64,000 nucleotides of DNA from a virus (taxonomy: Duplodnaviria > Caudoviricetes). The position numbers and the translations under genes are program-made. The stretch spans positions 32,001 through 96,000 of the IMG/VR virus record IMGVR_UViG_3300032292_000618, one strand, 5' to 3'. Positions 41,211 to 48,566 of the stretch are shown in pieces; within the stretch, counting starts at the first letter, position 1, and each line of letters opens with the position of its first letter. A model generated the notes under the pieces. It was not told the origin of the DNA and searched no databases. It worked only from the letters and a program-made list of their open reading frames with translations.

Positions 41211-42375
41211 AACAACTGCAGATAGAAATAAAGCCATGGAAGGAATGACAGTATTTAATACCAATCCAGTTGATTCAAAAAAGCAACCAATGTTTTTTGG
41301 ACAACCTCTTGGGGTCCAAAGATATGATTCATACAAGTATCCAATCTTTGAAAAACTCACAACTCAACAACTTGGATATTTTTGGAGACCAGAGGAGGTC
41401 TCCTTACAGAAAGACAGGGGAGATTATCAAACTCTTCGTCCTGAACAAAAACACATTTTTACTTCTAATTTAAAATATCAAATTCTTTTAGATTCAGTTC
41501 AAGGAAGAGGACCTGGAATGGCATTTCTTCCATACTGCTCTCTTCCTGAATTGGAAGCATGTATGACAGTGTGGGAATTTATGGAAATGATCCATTCTAG
41601 ATCTTATACTTACATCATCAAAAATGTATATTCTGATCCAACAGAAGTATTTGATACTATTTTGAATAATGAGAAAATTCTAGAACGTGCATCTACAGTA
41701 ACCAGTGCCTATGATGATTTTATTAATAGTGCACAATCTTATGGTAATTCAAATCTCTGGGTTCATGCTTTGGAAGGAGTTCCTTCTGCACAAGAAGAAA
41801 GAATAGCAATTAAAAGAAAACTTTATAGAGCAATAGCTAATGTCAATATTCTCGAAGGTATCAGATTCTATGTCTCTTTCGCTTGCTCGTTTGCGTTTGG
41901 TGAACTCAAACTTATGGAAGGATCAGCTAAAATTATCTCTCTCATCGCACGAGACGAAAATCAACACCTTGTCATTACTCAAAACATCCTCAATAAGTGG
42001 CGTGAAGGAGATGATCCAGAAATGCAAAGGATCGCTAAAGAAGAAGAATCTTGGGTGATAGAAGCATTTAAAAATGCAGTTAATCAAGAAAAGTATTGGG
42101 CAGAGTACCTGTTCAAAGATGGTTCTATGATTGGTTTAAATGATAAACTATTACAGCAATATGTTGAGTGGATTGCAAATCGTAGAATAAAGGCAATTGG
42201 CATTAAACCAATTTATGATGTTCCTGCTAAAACTAATCCACTTCCTTGGACTGAACATTGGATTAGTTCTAAAGGTCTTCAAGTGGCACCACAAGAAACA
42301 GAAGTTGAGAGTTATGTGGTTGGTGGTATTAAGCAGGACGTAAAGAAAGATACCTTTGCTGGATTCAAACTGTAA
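41185..42375 (+). CDS. nrdB: Ribonucleotide reductase class Ia beta subunit
   Basis: FWRPEE, EMIHSRSY, LEGIRFY, RDENQH, APQETE. Confidence 0.98.
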   Translation: MTVNHVKFRTTADRNKAMEGMTVFNTNPVDSKKQPMFFGQPLGVQRYDSYKYPIFEKLTTQQLGYFWRPEEVSLQKDRGDYQTLRPEQKHIFTSNLKYQILLDSVQGRGPGMAFLPYCSLPELEACMTVWEFMEMIHSRSYTYIIKNVYSDPTEVFDTILNNEKILERASTVTSAYDDFINSAQSYGNSNLWVHALEGVPSAQEERIAIKRKLYRAIANVNILEGIRFYVSFACSFAFGELKLMEGSAKIISLIARDENQHLVITQNILNKWREGDDPEMQRIAKEEESWVIEAFKNAVNQEKYWAEYLFKDGSMIGLNDKLLQQYVEWIANRRIKAIGIKPIYDVPAKTNPLPWTEHWISSKGLQVAPQETEVESYVVGGIKQDVKKDTFAGFKL

Positions 42376-42386
42376 CAAATGTTACA
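42371..42386. promoter_or_regulatory. NtcA-binding-site consensus (TGTA-N8-TACA)
   Basis: TGTAACAAATGTTACA, perfect GTA-N8-TAC palindrome. Confidence 0.7.
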
Positions 42387-42408
42387 AAATAACTTGTATA
42401 AATTATAA

Positions 42409-42452
42409 TACGTTCACCCATAAGGGCGGAAGTAGGGAAACTGAAGGAACGC
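42409..42452 (+). ncRNA. Glutamine riboswitch (glnA RNA motif, class I)
   Basis: P1 CGTTC/GAACG, P2 CCC-ATAA-GGG, GGAAGTA...TGAAG E-loop core, minimal P3 closed by a GAAA loop. Confidence 0.85.
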
Positions 42453-42483
42453 ACCAATACCCACAAAGTAAAGGAGCAAACCT

Positions 42484-42564
42484 ATGGCACTTATTTTAAT
42501 TAGACAAAAAATGCTTAAAGAGATGAGATTAAAACAATCTCAACTGTATATGGCTATGGTGTGA
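42484..42564 (+). CDS. 26-aa basic peptide downstream of the glutamine riboswitch
   Basis: AAGGAG SD; MALILIRQKMLKEMRLKQSQLYMAMV; followed by a terminator. Confidence 0.7.
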   Translation: MALILIRQKMLKEMRLKQSQLYMAMV

Positions 42565-42570
42565 TATTGA

Positions 42571-42597
42571 GAGGGTCTTCTGACCCTCTTTTTTTTA
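42571..42597 (+). terminator. Terminator
   Basis: GAGGGTC-TTCT-GACCCTC followed by a T run. Confidence 0.85.
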
Positions 42598-42620
42598 TAA
42601 ATACTTAAAAAGTTATAGCT

Positions 42621-43427
42621 ATGTTGTCACCTAAAGAATTTCAAAATCTTTATATGTCCATGTATGAGGCAAGAGATGATGATGCAAGGGAGATGAGAAG
42701 ACTTGCTGCTGCTGAAAGACGTGCAGGCAACTCTGATAGAATGGATGCAAAGACAGCATCAAAGTATGCTGGATCAGAAGCAAAGTCAGCAGAAAGAGAA
42801 GATAGGAAATCTAAAGGTAAGCATATTCATGGAATGGCAGATTCTGTTGAGTTGAAAGGTGATATTATTGATGAAAAGAAAGATGATTCATATCTAGAGA
42901 CAGATATGAATAAGAGAAAAAAGAATAATGAAAAGGCAATTGAAGATATGCAGAAGACCAAGGCACATGCTGATATGGTCAAAGCAGCACGTAGACATTT
43001 TGGTGAAGCAAAAAACAAAGAAGGTAAAGAGCAAGGTGCTGATGGTAAAGCTTGCTGGAAAGGTTATAAGTATGCTGGTACTGAAAAGGGCAAAGATAAG
43101 TGTATAAAGTCCGAAGAACTTGAATTAGATGAAAGAGCACTTGATACTGCAGAGACTGGTGAAAAGGAAAGACTTGTAACAGGAATGAAGAAGTCTGCAT
43201 CAGACTTTAAGAAGAGATATGGTGCAAAAGCAAAGTCAGTTATGTATGCAACTGCTACCAAAATAGCAAAGAAAAATATGGATACTTCACAATCAGATAG
43301 AAGATATTCAGTTGAAGAGGTAGATGCTGAGCATAGAACTAGAAAACCATCTCAAATTGCCAAAAGAGAAAAACTTACTAGACTTTTAGATCAAATCAGA
43401 TCTAAAAAAGGCGAAAAGGAAGGTTGA
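42621..43427 (+). CDS. Charged modular late protein, probable internal head protein
   Basis: Late promoter at 42596; basic modules separated by hydrophobic-x-E sites; CWKGY motif. Confidence 0.65.
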   Translation: MLSPKEFQNLYMSMYEARDDDAREMRRLAAAERRAGNSDRMDAKTASKYAGSEAKSAEREDRKSKGKHIHGMADSVELKGDIIDEKKDDSYLETDMNKRKKNNEKAIEDMQKTKAHADMVKAARRHFGEAKNKEGKEQGADGKACWKGYKYAGTEKGKDKCIKSEELELDERALDTAETGEKERLVTGMKKSASDFKKRYGAKAKSVMYATATKIAKKNMDTSQSDRRYSVEEVDAEHRTRKPSQIAKREKLTRLLDQIRSKKGEKEG

Positions 43428-43474
43428 ATTAAAATAAATAAAGGGGAGATTAATTCTCCTCTTTTTTTGTATCT

Positions 43475-43765
43475 ATGGAAAATGCTCCTGATTCATCTAA
43501 AGATGTTGTAGACATTCTTGCTAAGGTAGAATACCTTAACGCTGAGAATGATAAATTAAAAGTATCATTAGAATCTGCTAATACTCTTAATATTCAACCA
43601 AAAGGTACAGTCTTTGGAGCAAAACTTAAAGTAGAAAATAATGGGAATGTTGCTACATCTGTAATTTTTGATACTAAAAAACTTAGAGACAAAGGGAGAT
43701 ATACATCTCCAAAAGATGCTTTAGATCAAGCACTAAAAGATTTTTTGGACAATCAAAATGTTTAA
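43475..43765 (+). CDS. Hypothetical protein
   Basis: 96-aa ORF. Confidence 0.55.
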   Translation: MENAPDSSKDVVDILAKVEYLNAENDKLKVSLESANTLNIQPKGTVFGAKLKVENNGNVATSVIFDTKKLRDKGRYTSPKDALDQALKDFLDNQNV

Positions 43766-44216
43766 AATATTCGAGATCAGAGAAGGAAAATTTACTGCTC
43801 TTCCTCAGTTAAGTTCTAAAAAAATCAAAGGATTTTTTATAATTTCTGCTGTAATGATAGGCATTTCCTTATTATCTGGGTGGTTAAATATATCCGAAAA
43901 ACAACTTTGGAAGTACTATCAACTTTTACTTGAGCAATTAAATCTTAAGCAAGAACTTCCAGATTTAAGAAATAATGACAAGAAGTTAGAAGCAGAAATA
44001 GAAGTAGAAGTAGATAGAGCAATCAGAGAGTATGAGCAGTGGGAGTCCTCTGTCCCCCCCAGGATGACCAACAAGGTCATCTTAGAGGATCTAAAGTCCC
44101 CAAAGTTCTCTGACACTCAGAGGTTGATCGTGAAGGATGCCATCTACTATGAGTGCCCTGAAGGAGTTATGGGCATCAGAGCTGTGTGGGTTGACAAAGA
44201 TCCTGAATGTAACTAG
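43758..44216 (+). CDS. Hypothetical membrane-anchored protein
   Basis: One TM segment (FFIISAVMIGISLLSGWL); C-terminal Cys pair. Confidence 0.55.
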   Translation: MFKIFEIREGKFTALPQLSSKKIKGFFIISAVMIGISLLSGWLNISEKQLWKYYQLLLEQLNLKQELPDLRNNDKKLEAEIEVEVDRAIREYEQWESSVPPRMTNKVILEDLKSPKFSDTQRLIVKDAIYYECPEGVMGIRAVWVDKDPECN

Positions 44217-44238
44217 AATCACTCTGTTAGGTTTCAAG
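44191..44238 (+). promoter_or_regulatory. Sigma70-type promoter plus conserved 25-bp leader (copy 2)
   Basis: TTGACA-N17-TAGAATCACTCTGTTAGGTTTCAAG. Confidence 0.8.
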
Positions 44239-44268
44239 GATAAATAATAGCTTATAGGATTTACTTAT

Positions 44269-44727
44269 ATGAGCTATGATAATCCTTGGAAATATCAAGG
44301 AAAGGTCTTTGAATCAGAAGATATTCAAGACAACTTTGGATTTGTTTATCTTATCACAAATAAAATAAATTCAAAACAATATATTGGTAGGAAGTATTTT
44401 TGGGCTTTTAGAACGCCTAAAGGAAAAAAAAGAAAAGTAAAACAAGAAAGTGATTGGAAAAAGTATTATGGGTCTTGTCCAGAACTTAAAGAAGATATCA
44501 TCAAGTATGGTAGAGAGAATTTTGTTAGAGTTGTTCTCTCAATACATCAAACAAAGGGCAAAACTAATTATGAGGAAACAAGGCAACTGTTTGTCAACAA
44601 CGTCCTCACTGAGTCCCTTGACAACGGAGACCCAGCATTCTATAATAGCAACATCCTCTCAAGATATTTTAGGAAAGATTATTATGAACCAATCGCAAAT
44701 GATCACTCTTTGCCAAAAAGAAGTTGA
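44269..44727 (+). CDS. GIY-YIG family endonuclease (T4 endonuclease II/Seg-like)
   Basis: GFVYLITN...YIGRK, WKKYYGS, FYNSNI. Confidence 0.85.
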   Translation: MSYDNPWKYQGKVFESEDIQDNFGFVYLITNKINSKQYIGRKYFWAFRTPKGKKRKVKQESDWKKYYGSCPELKEDIIKYGRENFVRVVLSIHQTKGKTNYEETRQLFVNNVLTESLDNGDPAFYNSNILSRYFRKDYYEPIANDHSLPKRS

Positions 44728-44872
44728 TCATATGATTGATCGTATGCATGATCTTTGTGCAGAAGGAAGAGTAGATGATGCAAAATCTTTATATGATGAA
44801 ATTAAAGATTGGATTTCTCTAGAAGAGGGTATTGATGTAATGTCGCTTGACTATATTAATGGTATTTTGTAA
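44684..44872 (+). CDS. Small hypothetical protein
   Basis: MNQSQMITLCQKEVDHMIDRMH...; likely true start of the 44450 ORF. Confidence 0.5.
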   Translation: MNQSQMITLCQKEVDHMIDRMHDLCAEGRVDDAKSLYDEIKDWISLEEGIDVMSLDYINGIL

Positions 44873-44926
44873 CATTACTAAATAATCAATCATAATGATC
44901 TTTATAATGAGTCTTTGATTATGACT

Positions 44927-44995
44927 TAGAGCCGTGGGTAATGCCCCCTGAAAAGATGGGAACTTCTCCTTTACCTAGACGGATGTAGAATTCAA
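44927..44995 (+). ncRNA. Candidate structured 5' leader RNA
   Basis: CCGT-GGGTAA pairs with TTACCT-AG-ACGG and encloses a GAAA-capped hairpin; TATAAT at 44903. Confidence 0.4.
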
Positions 44996-45004
44996 TTAAC
45001 TTAA

Positions 45005-45655
45005 ATGCTTTCAAACTTTACACTTGTGACTGTTTCTCTTATTGGAGCAGTTGCAACATCAGCGGCAACACTGCCATCACCTAGTTTTGCTACTTCCACA
45101 GTTAAGCAACCATTTGCTATTATTCAAGAAGAACCAAGTAAAACTAAAGAGACAGCGACCAAAGAGGTTGCTCCAGAAAACCCAAAGGAGAAAAAGTTAA
45201 TTTGTAAAGGGTGTAATACATATGAATCCCATGCTCTGGAATTTCTCCAGAAAAAAGGAATCACTGACAAAAATGCCCTTGCTACCATTATGGGCAATAT
45301 TAGGCAAGAGTCAACATTTATTCCTAATATTTGCGAAGGTGGTGCTAGAACATCATATCATGGATGTACCAGTGGAGGTTATGGATTAATTCAATGGACA
45401 TCTAGTGATAGGTATCGTGGGTTAGGCGTTCATGCTACCAGAATTGGTAGTAGTGCATCTTCTATTGATACTCAATTAGATTATATGTTCACTGAACAAC
45501 AGTGGAAAAGAATTGAAAACCACATGAAAAGGCCAGGAAAATCTATTAATGACTATATGCGTCTTGCTTATAGTTGGATTGGTTGGGGTCATCATGGTTC
45601 TAGGACTTATTATGCTTATGACTATGCTAGAAAAATGACATTTTCTAATAGTTGA
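45005..45655 (+). CDS. Secreted phage-tail-lysozyme-like cell wall hydrolase
   Basis: Signal-peptide-like N-terminus; ALATIMGNIRQES and GGYGLIQWT motifs. Confidence 0.75.
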   Translation: MLSNFTLVTVSLIGAVATSAATLPSPSFATSTVKQPFAIIQEEPSKTKETATKEVAPENPKEKKLICKGCNTYESHALEFLQKKGITDKNALATIMGNIRQESTFIPNICEGGARTSYHGCTSGGYGLIQWTSSDRYRGLGVHATRIGSSASSIDTQLDYMFTEQQWKRIENHMKRPGKSINDYMRLAYSWIGWGHHGSRTYYAYDYARKMTFSNS

Positions 45656-45680
45656 CAAACTGAATAGTGGGAGTTATAAT
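45652..45680 (+). promoter_or_regulatory. Consensus sigma70 promoter for tRNA-Gly
   Basis: TTGACA-N17-TATAAT. Confidence 0.85.
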
Positions 45681-45695
45681 ACTCCCATACTTAAT

Positions 45696-45766
45696 GCGAA
45701 ATTGGTGTAGTGGTAACATCCCATCCTTCCAAGTTGGTGTCACGGGTTCGAATCCCGTATTTCGCT
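45696..45766 (+). tRNA. tRNA-Gly(UCC)
   Basis: Acceptor GCGAAAT/ATTTCGC, anticodon loop CT-TCC-AA, GGTTCGAATCC T arm; CCA not encoded. Confidence 0.92.
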
Positions 45767-45829
45767 TCCCCAGATTATTCTGGGTTTTTTTATAAATAAA
45801 AACTGTAGTTATAATTCTTAACAAACTAT

Positions 45830-47311
45830 ATGAAATTTCTCAAACAACTGATGCTAGTGCCTGTTGCTCTGGGACTTGTTGCTCCTGCTGCGAATGCTGC
45901 AGATCTTAATCTAGAAGGAGTTGATAAGTATGCCTCAGCACAACAAGTTACTAGTATTGCACAATTTTCAGATGTTCGTCCTACTGACTGGGCATATCAA
46001 GCACTTGGCAACCTTGTAGAGCGTTATGGTTGTGTTGCTGGTTATCCCAATGGCACCTTTGTTGGTCGTCAGGCAATGACTAGATTTGAAGCAGCTGCTC
46101 TTCTGAATGCTTGCTTGGATCGTGTAACTGAAACTACTGATGAGCTCAAAAAACTTCTTGCTGAGTTTGATACAGAACTTACTGTTATCACTGCTCGTGT
46201 AGATGGTCTTGAAAGCAAAGTTGGACAACTGCAGGCAACTCAGTTTTCAACTACTACCAAACTCAAGGGTGAAGCAAACTTTGTTCTTGGTGGAGTTCCT
46301 GGTCTTAAAACGAATGCTGGTGGAAACGTTGGCAACACCGCATTCAACTATGATCTCCGTCTGAACTTTGATACTTCATTCACTGGTAAGGACTTGCTTC
46401 GTACTCGTCTGCGTTCTGGTAACTTTAGTACTGATCCTTTTGGATCTAGTTCTTCACTGTTCAAACTTGATAAGGCAGAGTCTTATGATGATCAAGTAAA
46501 AATTGATCGTCTGTACTATCAGTTCCCAGTTGGGAAGAGTGTAACTCTAACTGCTGGTCCTCTAGTTCGTAACACTGAGATGGCTTGGATTCCTTCTGTT
46601 TATAAGTCAGAAATTCTGGACTTCTTCCAACTTGGTGGTACATCTGGTGTTTATAACAAAGCAACTGGTGCTGGTTTTGGTGCTCAATGGAAGCAACCTA
46701 CCCAAAAAGGTAAGGGTGGTTTCGTTGCTGGACTGAACTATGTTTCACAGGATGGTGATAGTACTGAAACTGGTGTGTTTAATTCAGACAGTGGATTGAA
46801 CTTCATGGCACAAGTTGGGTATCGTGCTCCTCAATGGGGTGCTGCTGTTGCTTATCGTTATGGTACTGAAGGCAGTCGTGTTCGTACCTTTAATGCCCTT
46901 GGTGGTGGATCTGGTGTCCTTGCTACTGGACAAGAAAGCAATAGCATTGCTGCTAATGCTTACTGGCAACCTTCCCAAAGTGGATTCGTGCCTTCCATTT
47001 CAGTAGGTTATGGATACAATGATGTTGATGGTGCTGGTAAGAAAACTGGTGCTACTGATTCTGATTCCTGGTTCGTTGGACTTCAGTGGTCTGATGTGTT
47101 TGTTCAAGGTAATGCTGCTGGCATTGCTGTGGGTCAACCTGGAAATTCTGATAACATCTCTGATGATGCTACGATGCTTGAAGTTTTCTACAAGTATAAA
47201 GTTTCAGACAACATCAGCATCACTCCTGCTATCTTCTATGTAAGTAACAACCAAAGATTCCAAAATGAATCTGCTTGGGGTGGTGTGGTTCAGACCAAGT
47301 TCACATTCTGA
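45830..47311 (+). CDS. Cyanobacterial outer-membrane porin (SomA/OprB-like, SLH domain)
   Basis: Signal peptide, FSDVRPTDWAYQAL, TRFEAAALLNACL, QFSTTTKLKGE, terminal KFTF. Confidence 0.93.
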   Translation: MKFLKQLMLVPVALGLVAPAANAADLNLEGVDKYASAQQVTSIAQFSDVRPTDWAYQALGNLVERYGCVAGYPNGTFVGRQAMTRFEAAALLNACLDRVTETTDELKKLLAEFDTELTVITARVDGLESKVGQLQATQFSTTTKLKGEANFVLGGVPGLKTNAGGNVGNTAFNYDLRLNFDTSFTGKDLLRTRLRSGNFSTDPFGSSSSLFKLDKAESYDDQVKIDRLYYQFPVGKSVTLTAGPLVRNTEMAWIPSVYKSEILDFFQLGGTSGVYNKATGAGFGAQWKQPTQKGKGGFVAGLNYVSQDGDSTETGVFNSDSGLNFMAQVGYRAPQWGAAVAYRYGTEGSRVRTFNALGGGSGVLATGQESNSIAANAYWQPSQSGFVPSISVGYGYNDVDGAGKKTGATDSDSWFVGLQWSDVFVQGNAAGIAVGQPGNSDNISDDATMLEVFYKYKVSDNISITPAIFYVSNNQRFQNESAWGGVVQTKFTF

Positions 47312-47334
47312 TAAACAACTCATAACATGAGTAG

Positions 47335-47362
47335 AACCACCCTCAAAAGGGGTGGTTTTTTT
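47335..47362 (+). terminator. Terminator after the porin gene
   Basis: AACCACCC...GGGTGGTT followed by a T run. Confidence 0.8.
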
Positions 47363-47408
47363 ATAGATGATTTGCTATTGATAAATATAAAAAATATTAT
47401 GTAGACCT

Positions 47409-47660
47409 ATGTTAAAAATAAGGTGCAAAAATTGTAATACAGAATTAATATCACATCCAATAAGAACTAAATGTTGTGGATGTGAAAATATGTCTTCTAT
47501 AACAGGAGAAACCATTACAGCAATTGACTTGACATTAGTTGAATTGTTGAGTAGTATAGACAAGAAGAATAAAGATTCTCTTTTTTCAAAAGAAGATCTT
47601 GCTTTTCAGGAAGCAAGAAAAAAACGTAAAATCAAAAAATTGGAGTTTGAAATTAAATGA
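47409..47660 (+). CDS. Small zinc-ribbon protein
   Basis: CKNC...CCGC. Confidence 0.7.
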   Translation: MLKIRCKNCNTELISHPIRTKCCGCENMSSITGETITAIDLTLVELLSSIDKKNKDSLFSKEDLAFQEARKKRKIKKLEFEIK

Positions 47661-47812
47661 GTTGGGAGTCCCCAAAGTTAGGAAAAGGTGATGTTGAATT
47701 AATCACTCTTGCACTAGATGACTACATATATTATTCTAAGCAAGATGGAATGGACGTTCGAGAAGCAGAAAAAATGTTGCTTAGATTAAATGACCATTTA
47801 CAAAAATTCTAA
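47657..47812 (+). CDS. Small hypothetical protein (51 aa)
   Basis: ATGA overlap; MSWESPKLGKGDVELITLALDDY... Confidence 0.55.
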   Translation: MSWESPKLGKGDVELITLALDDYIYYSKQDGMDVREAEKMLLRLNDHLQKF

Positions 47813-47967
47813 TGGATCAACACACCTATGATAATTGGGTGAAAATAAAAGAAACATTTGAAAAATCTGGTAATACCAATAATATGTTTTACAAAAGAGC
47901 ATGTGCTATAATAAAAACTAAAATAGATCCTATGGATAAATTTTGGAGCAACAAAGAAAAAGCTTGA
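47812..47967 (+). CDS. Small hypothetical protein (51 aa)
   Basis: TAATG overlap; MDQHTYDNWVKIKETFEKSGNTNNMFYKRAC... Confidence 0.6.
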   Translation: MDQHTYDNWVKIKETFEKSGNTNNMFYKRACAIIKTKIDPMDKFWSNKEKA

Positions 47968-48013
47968 CCTAACCCCAAGTTTATAGTATGATAACTAAAT
48001 CAACTTCAACATT

Positions 48014-48205
48014 ATGGAACAATTTACTATTGAACACTTTCAACAAGATTTTGATAATTTGTTGAATAGAGTTGAAAATGGAGAATCATTTTTAATCACA
48101 AGTGAATATGGTAATGCTGTAATGACTCCTTATGTTGGAAAAAACCAACTAAGTCTAGTTGATGAATTTGTTAAGATCCACACAGAACATGAAGATGGAC
48201 CTTAA
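48014..48205 (+). CDS. Phd/YefM antitoxin-like protein
   Basis: FTIEHFQQDFDNLLNRVENGESFLIT...AVMTP; promoter TTGACC-N17-TATGAT at 47964-47992. Confidence 0.6.
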   Translation: MEQFTIEHFQQDFDNLLNRVENGESFLITSEYGNAVMTPYVGKNQLSLVDEFVKIHTEHEDGP

Positions 48206-48213
48206 CTTTTTTA

Positions 48214-48285
48214 GGGAGTATAGCTTAATGGTTAGAGCGGGCTCCTTATAAGGGCTTAGTCTGGGTTCAACTCCCAGTATTCCCA
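48214..48285 (+). tRNA. tRNA-Ile(UAU)
   Basis: Acceptor GGGAGTA/TATTCCC, anticodon loop CT-TAT-AA, GGTTCAACTCC T arm. Confidence 0.88.
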
Positions 48286-48310
48286 TTTGCTATTCGCAAA
48301 TAGCAAATAT

Positions 48311-48387
48311 AGTCATGGAGAGACTTTAAAAACCCTGGTCGGGATGAACCCCCTTCAGTCATGGAGAGACTTTAAAAATCCTGGTGG
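48311..48387 (+). repeat. Two direct repeats AGTCATGGAGAGACTTTAAAAA(C/T)CCTGGT
   Basis: Copies start at 48311 and 48357 (46-nt period). Confidence 0.9.
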
Positions 48388-48403
48388 AGTCAATATGACC
48401 CTC

Positions 48404-48510
48404 ATTAGGTTTCCAATTTCCTCAAAAAATTGGTGGTGCGGATGGAGGTTACTCCCGCCTGGTTTCCAATTTCCAGTTAAAGAATTGGTGGCGTGCATGA
48501 AAGACCTAAT
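48404..48510 (+). ncRNA. wcaG-type cyanophage RNA with two pseudoknot units
   Basis: GGTTTCCAATTTCC...AATTGGTGG twice, TGGYG motifs; upstream of gmd/fcl. Confidence 0.65.
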
Positions 48511-48546
48511 AGGAGAGTTGCATAAACTCTCCTTTTTTAGTATAAT
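48511..48546 (+). terminator. Terminator overlapping a sigma70 promoter for gmd
   Basis: AGGAGAG...CTCTCCT plus T run; TTGCAT-N17-TATAAT at 48518-48546. Confidence 0.7.
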
Positions 48547-48566
48547 AATGAAAAAGTAATCTGTAT

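Noticed and set aside
25739-42375. Introns or inteins in gp43, gp41, nrdA or nrdB
   Set aside because: All are continuous ORFs of ordinary length with no splicing motifs
48311-48500. CRISPR mini-array interpretation of the repeats
   Set aside because: Only two copies of each of two different repeats, spacers too short and structured, and no cas genes in the window
48287-48559. 90-aa ORF across the repeat array
   Set aside because: TTG start with no SD; it overlaps structured RNA repeats, a terminator and a promoter
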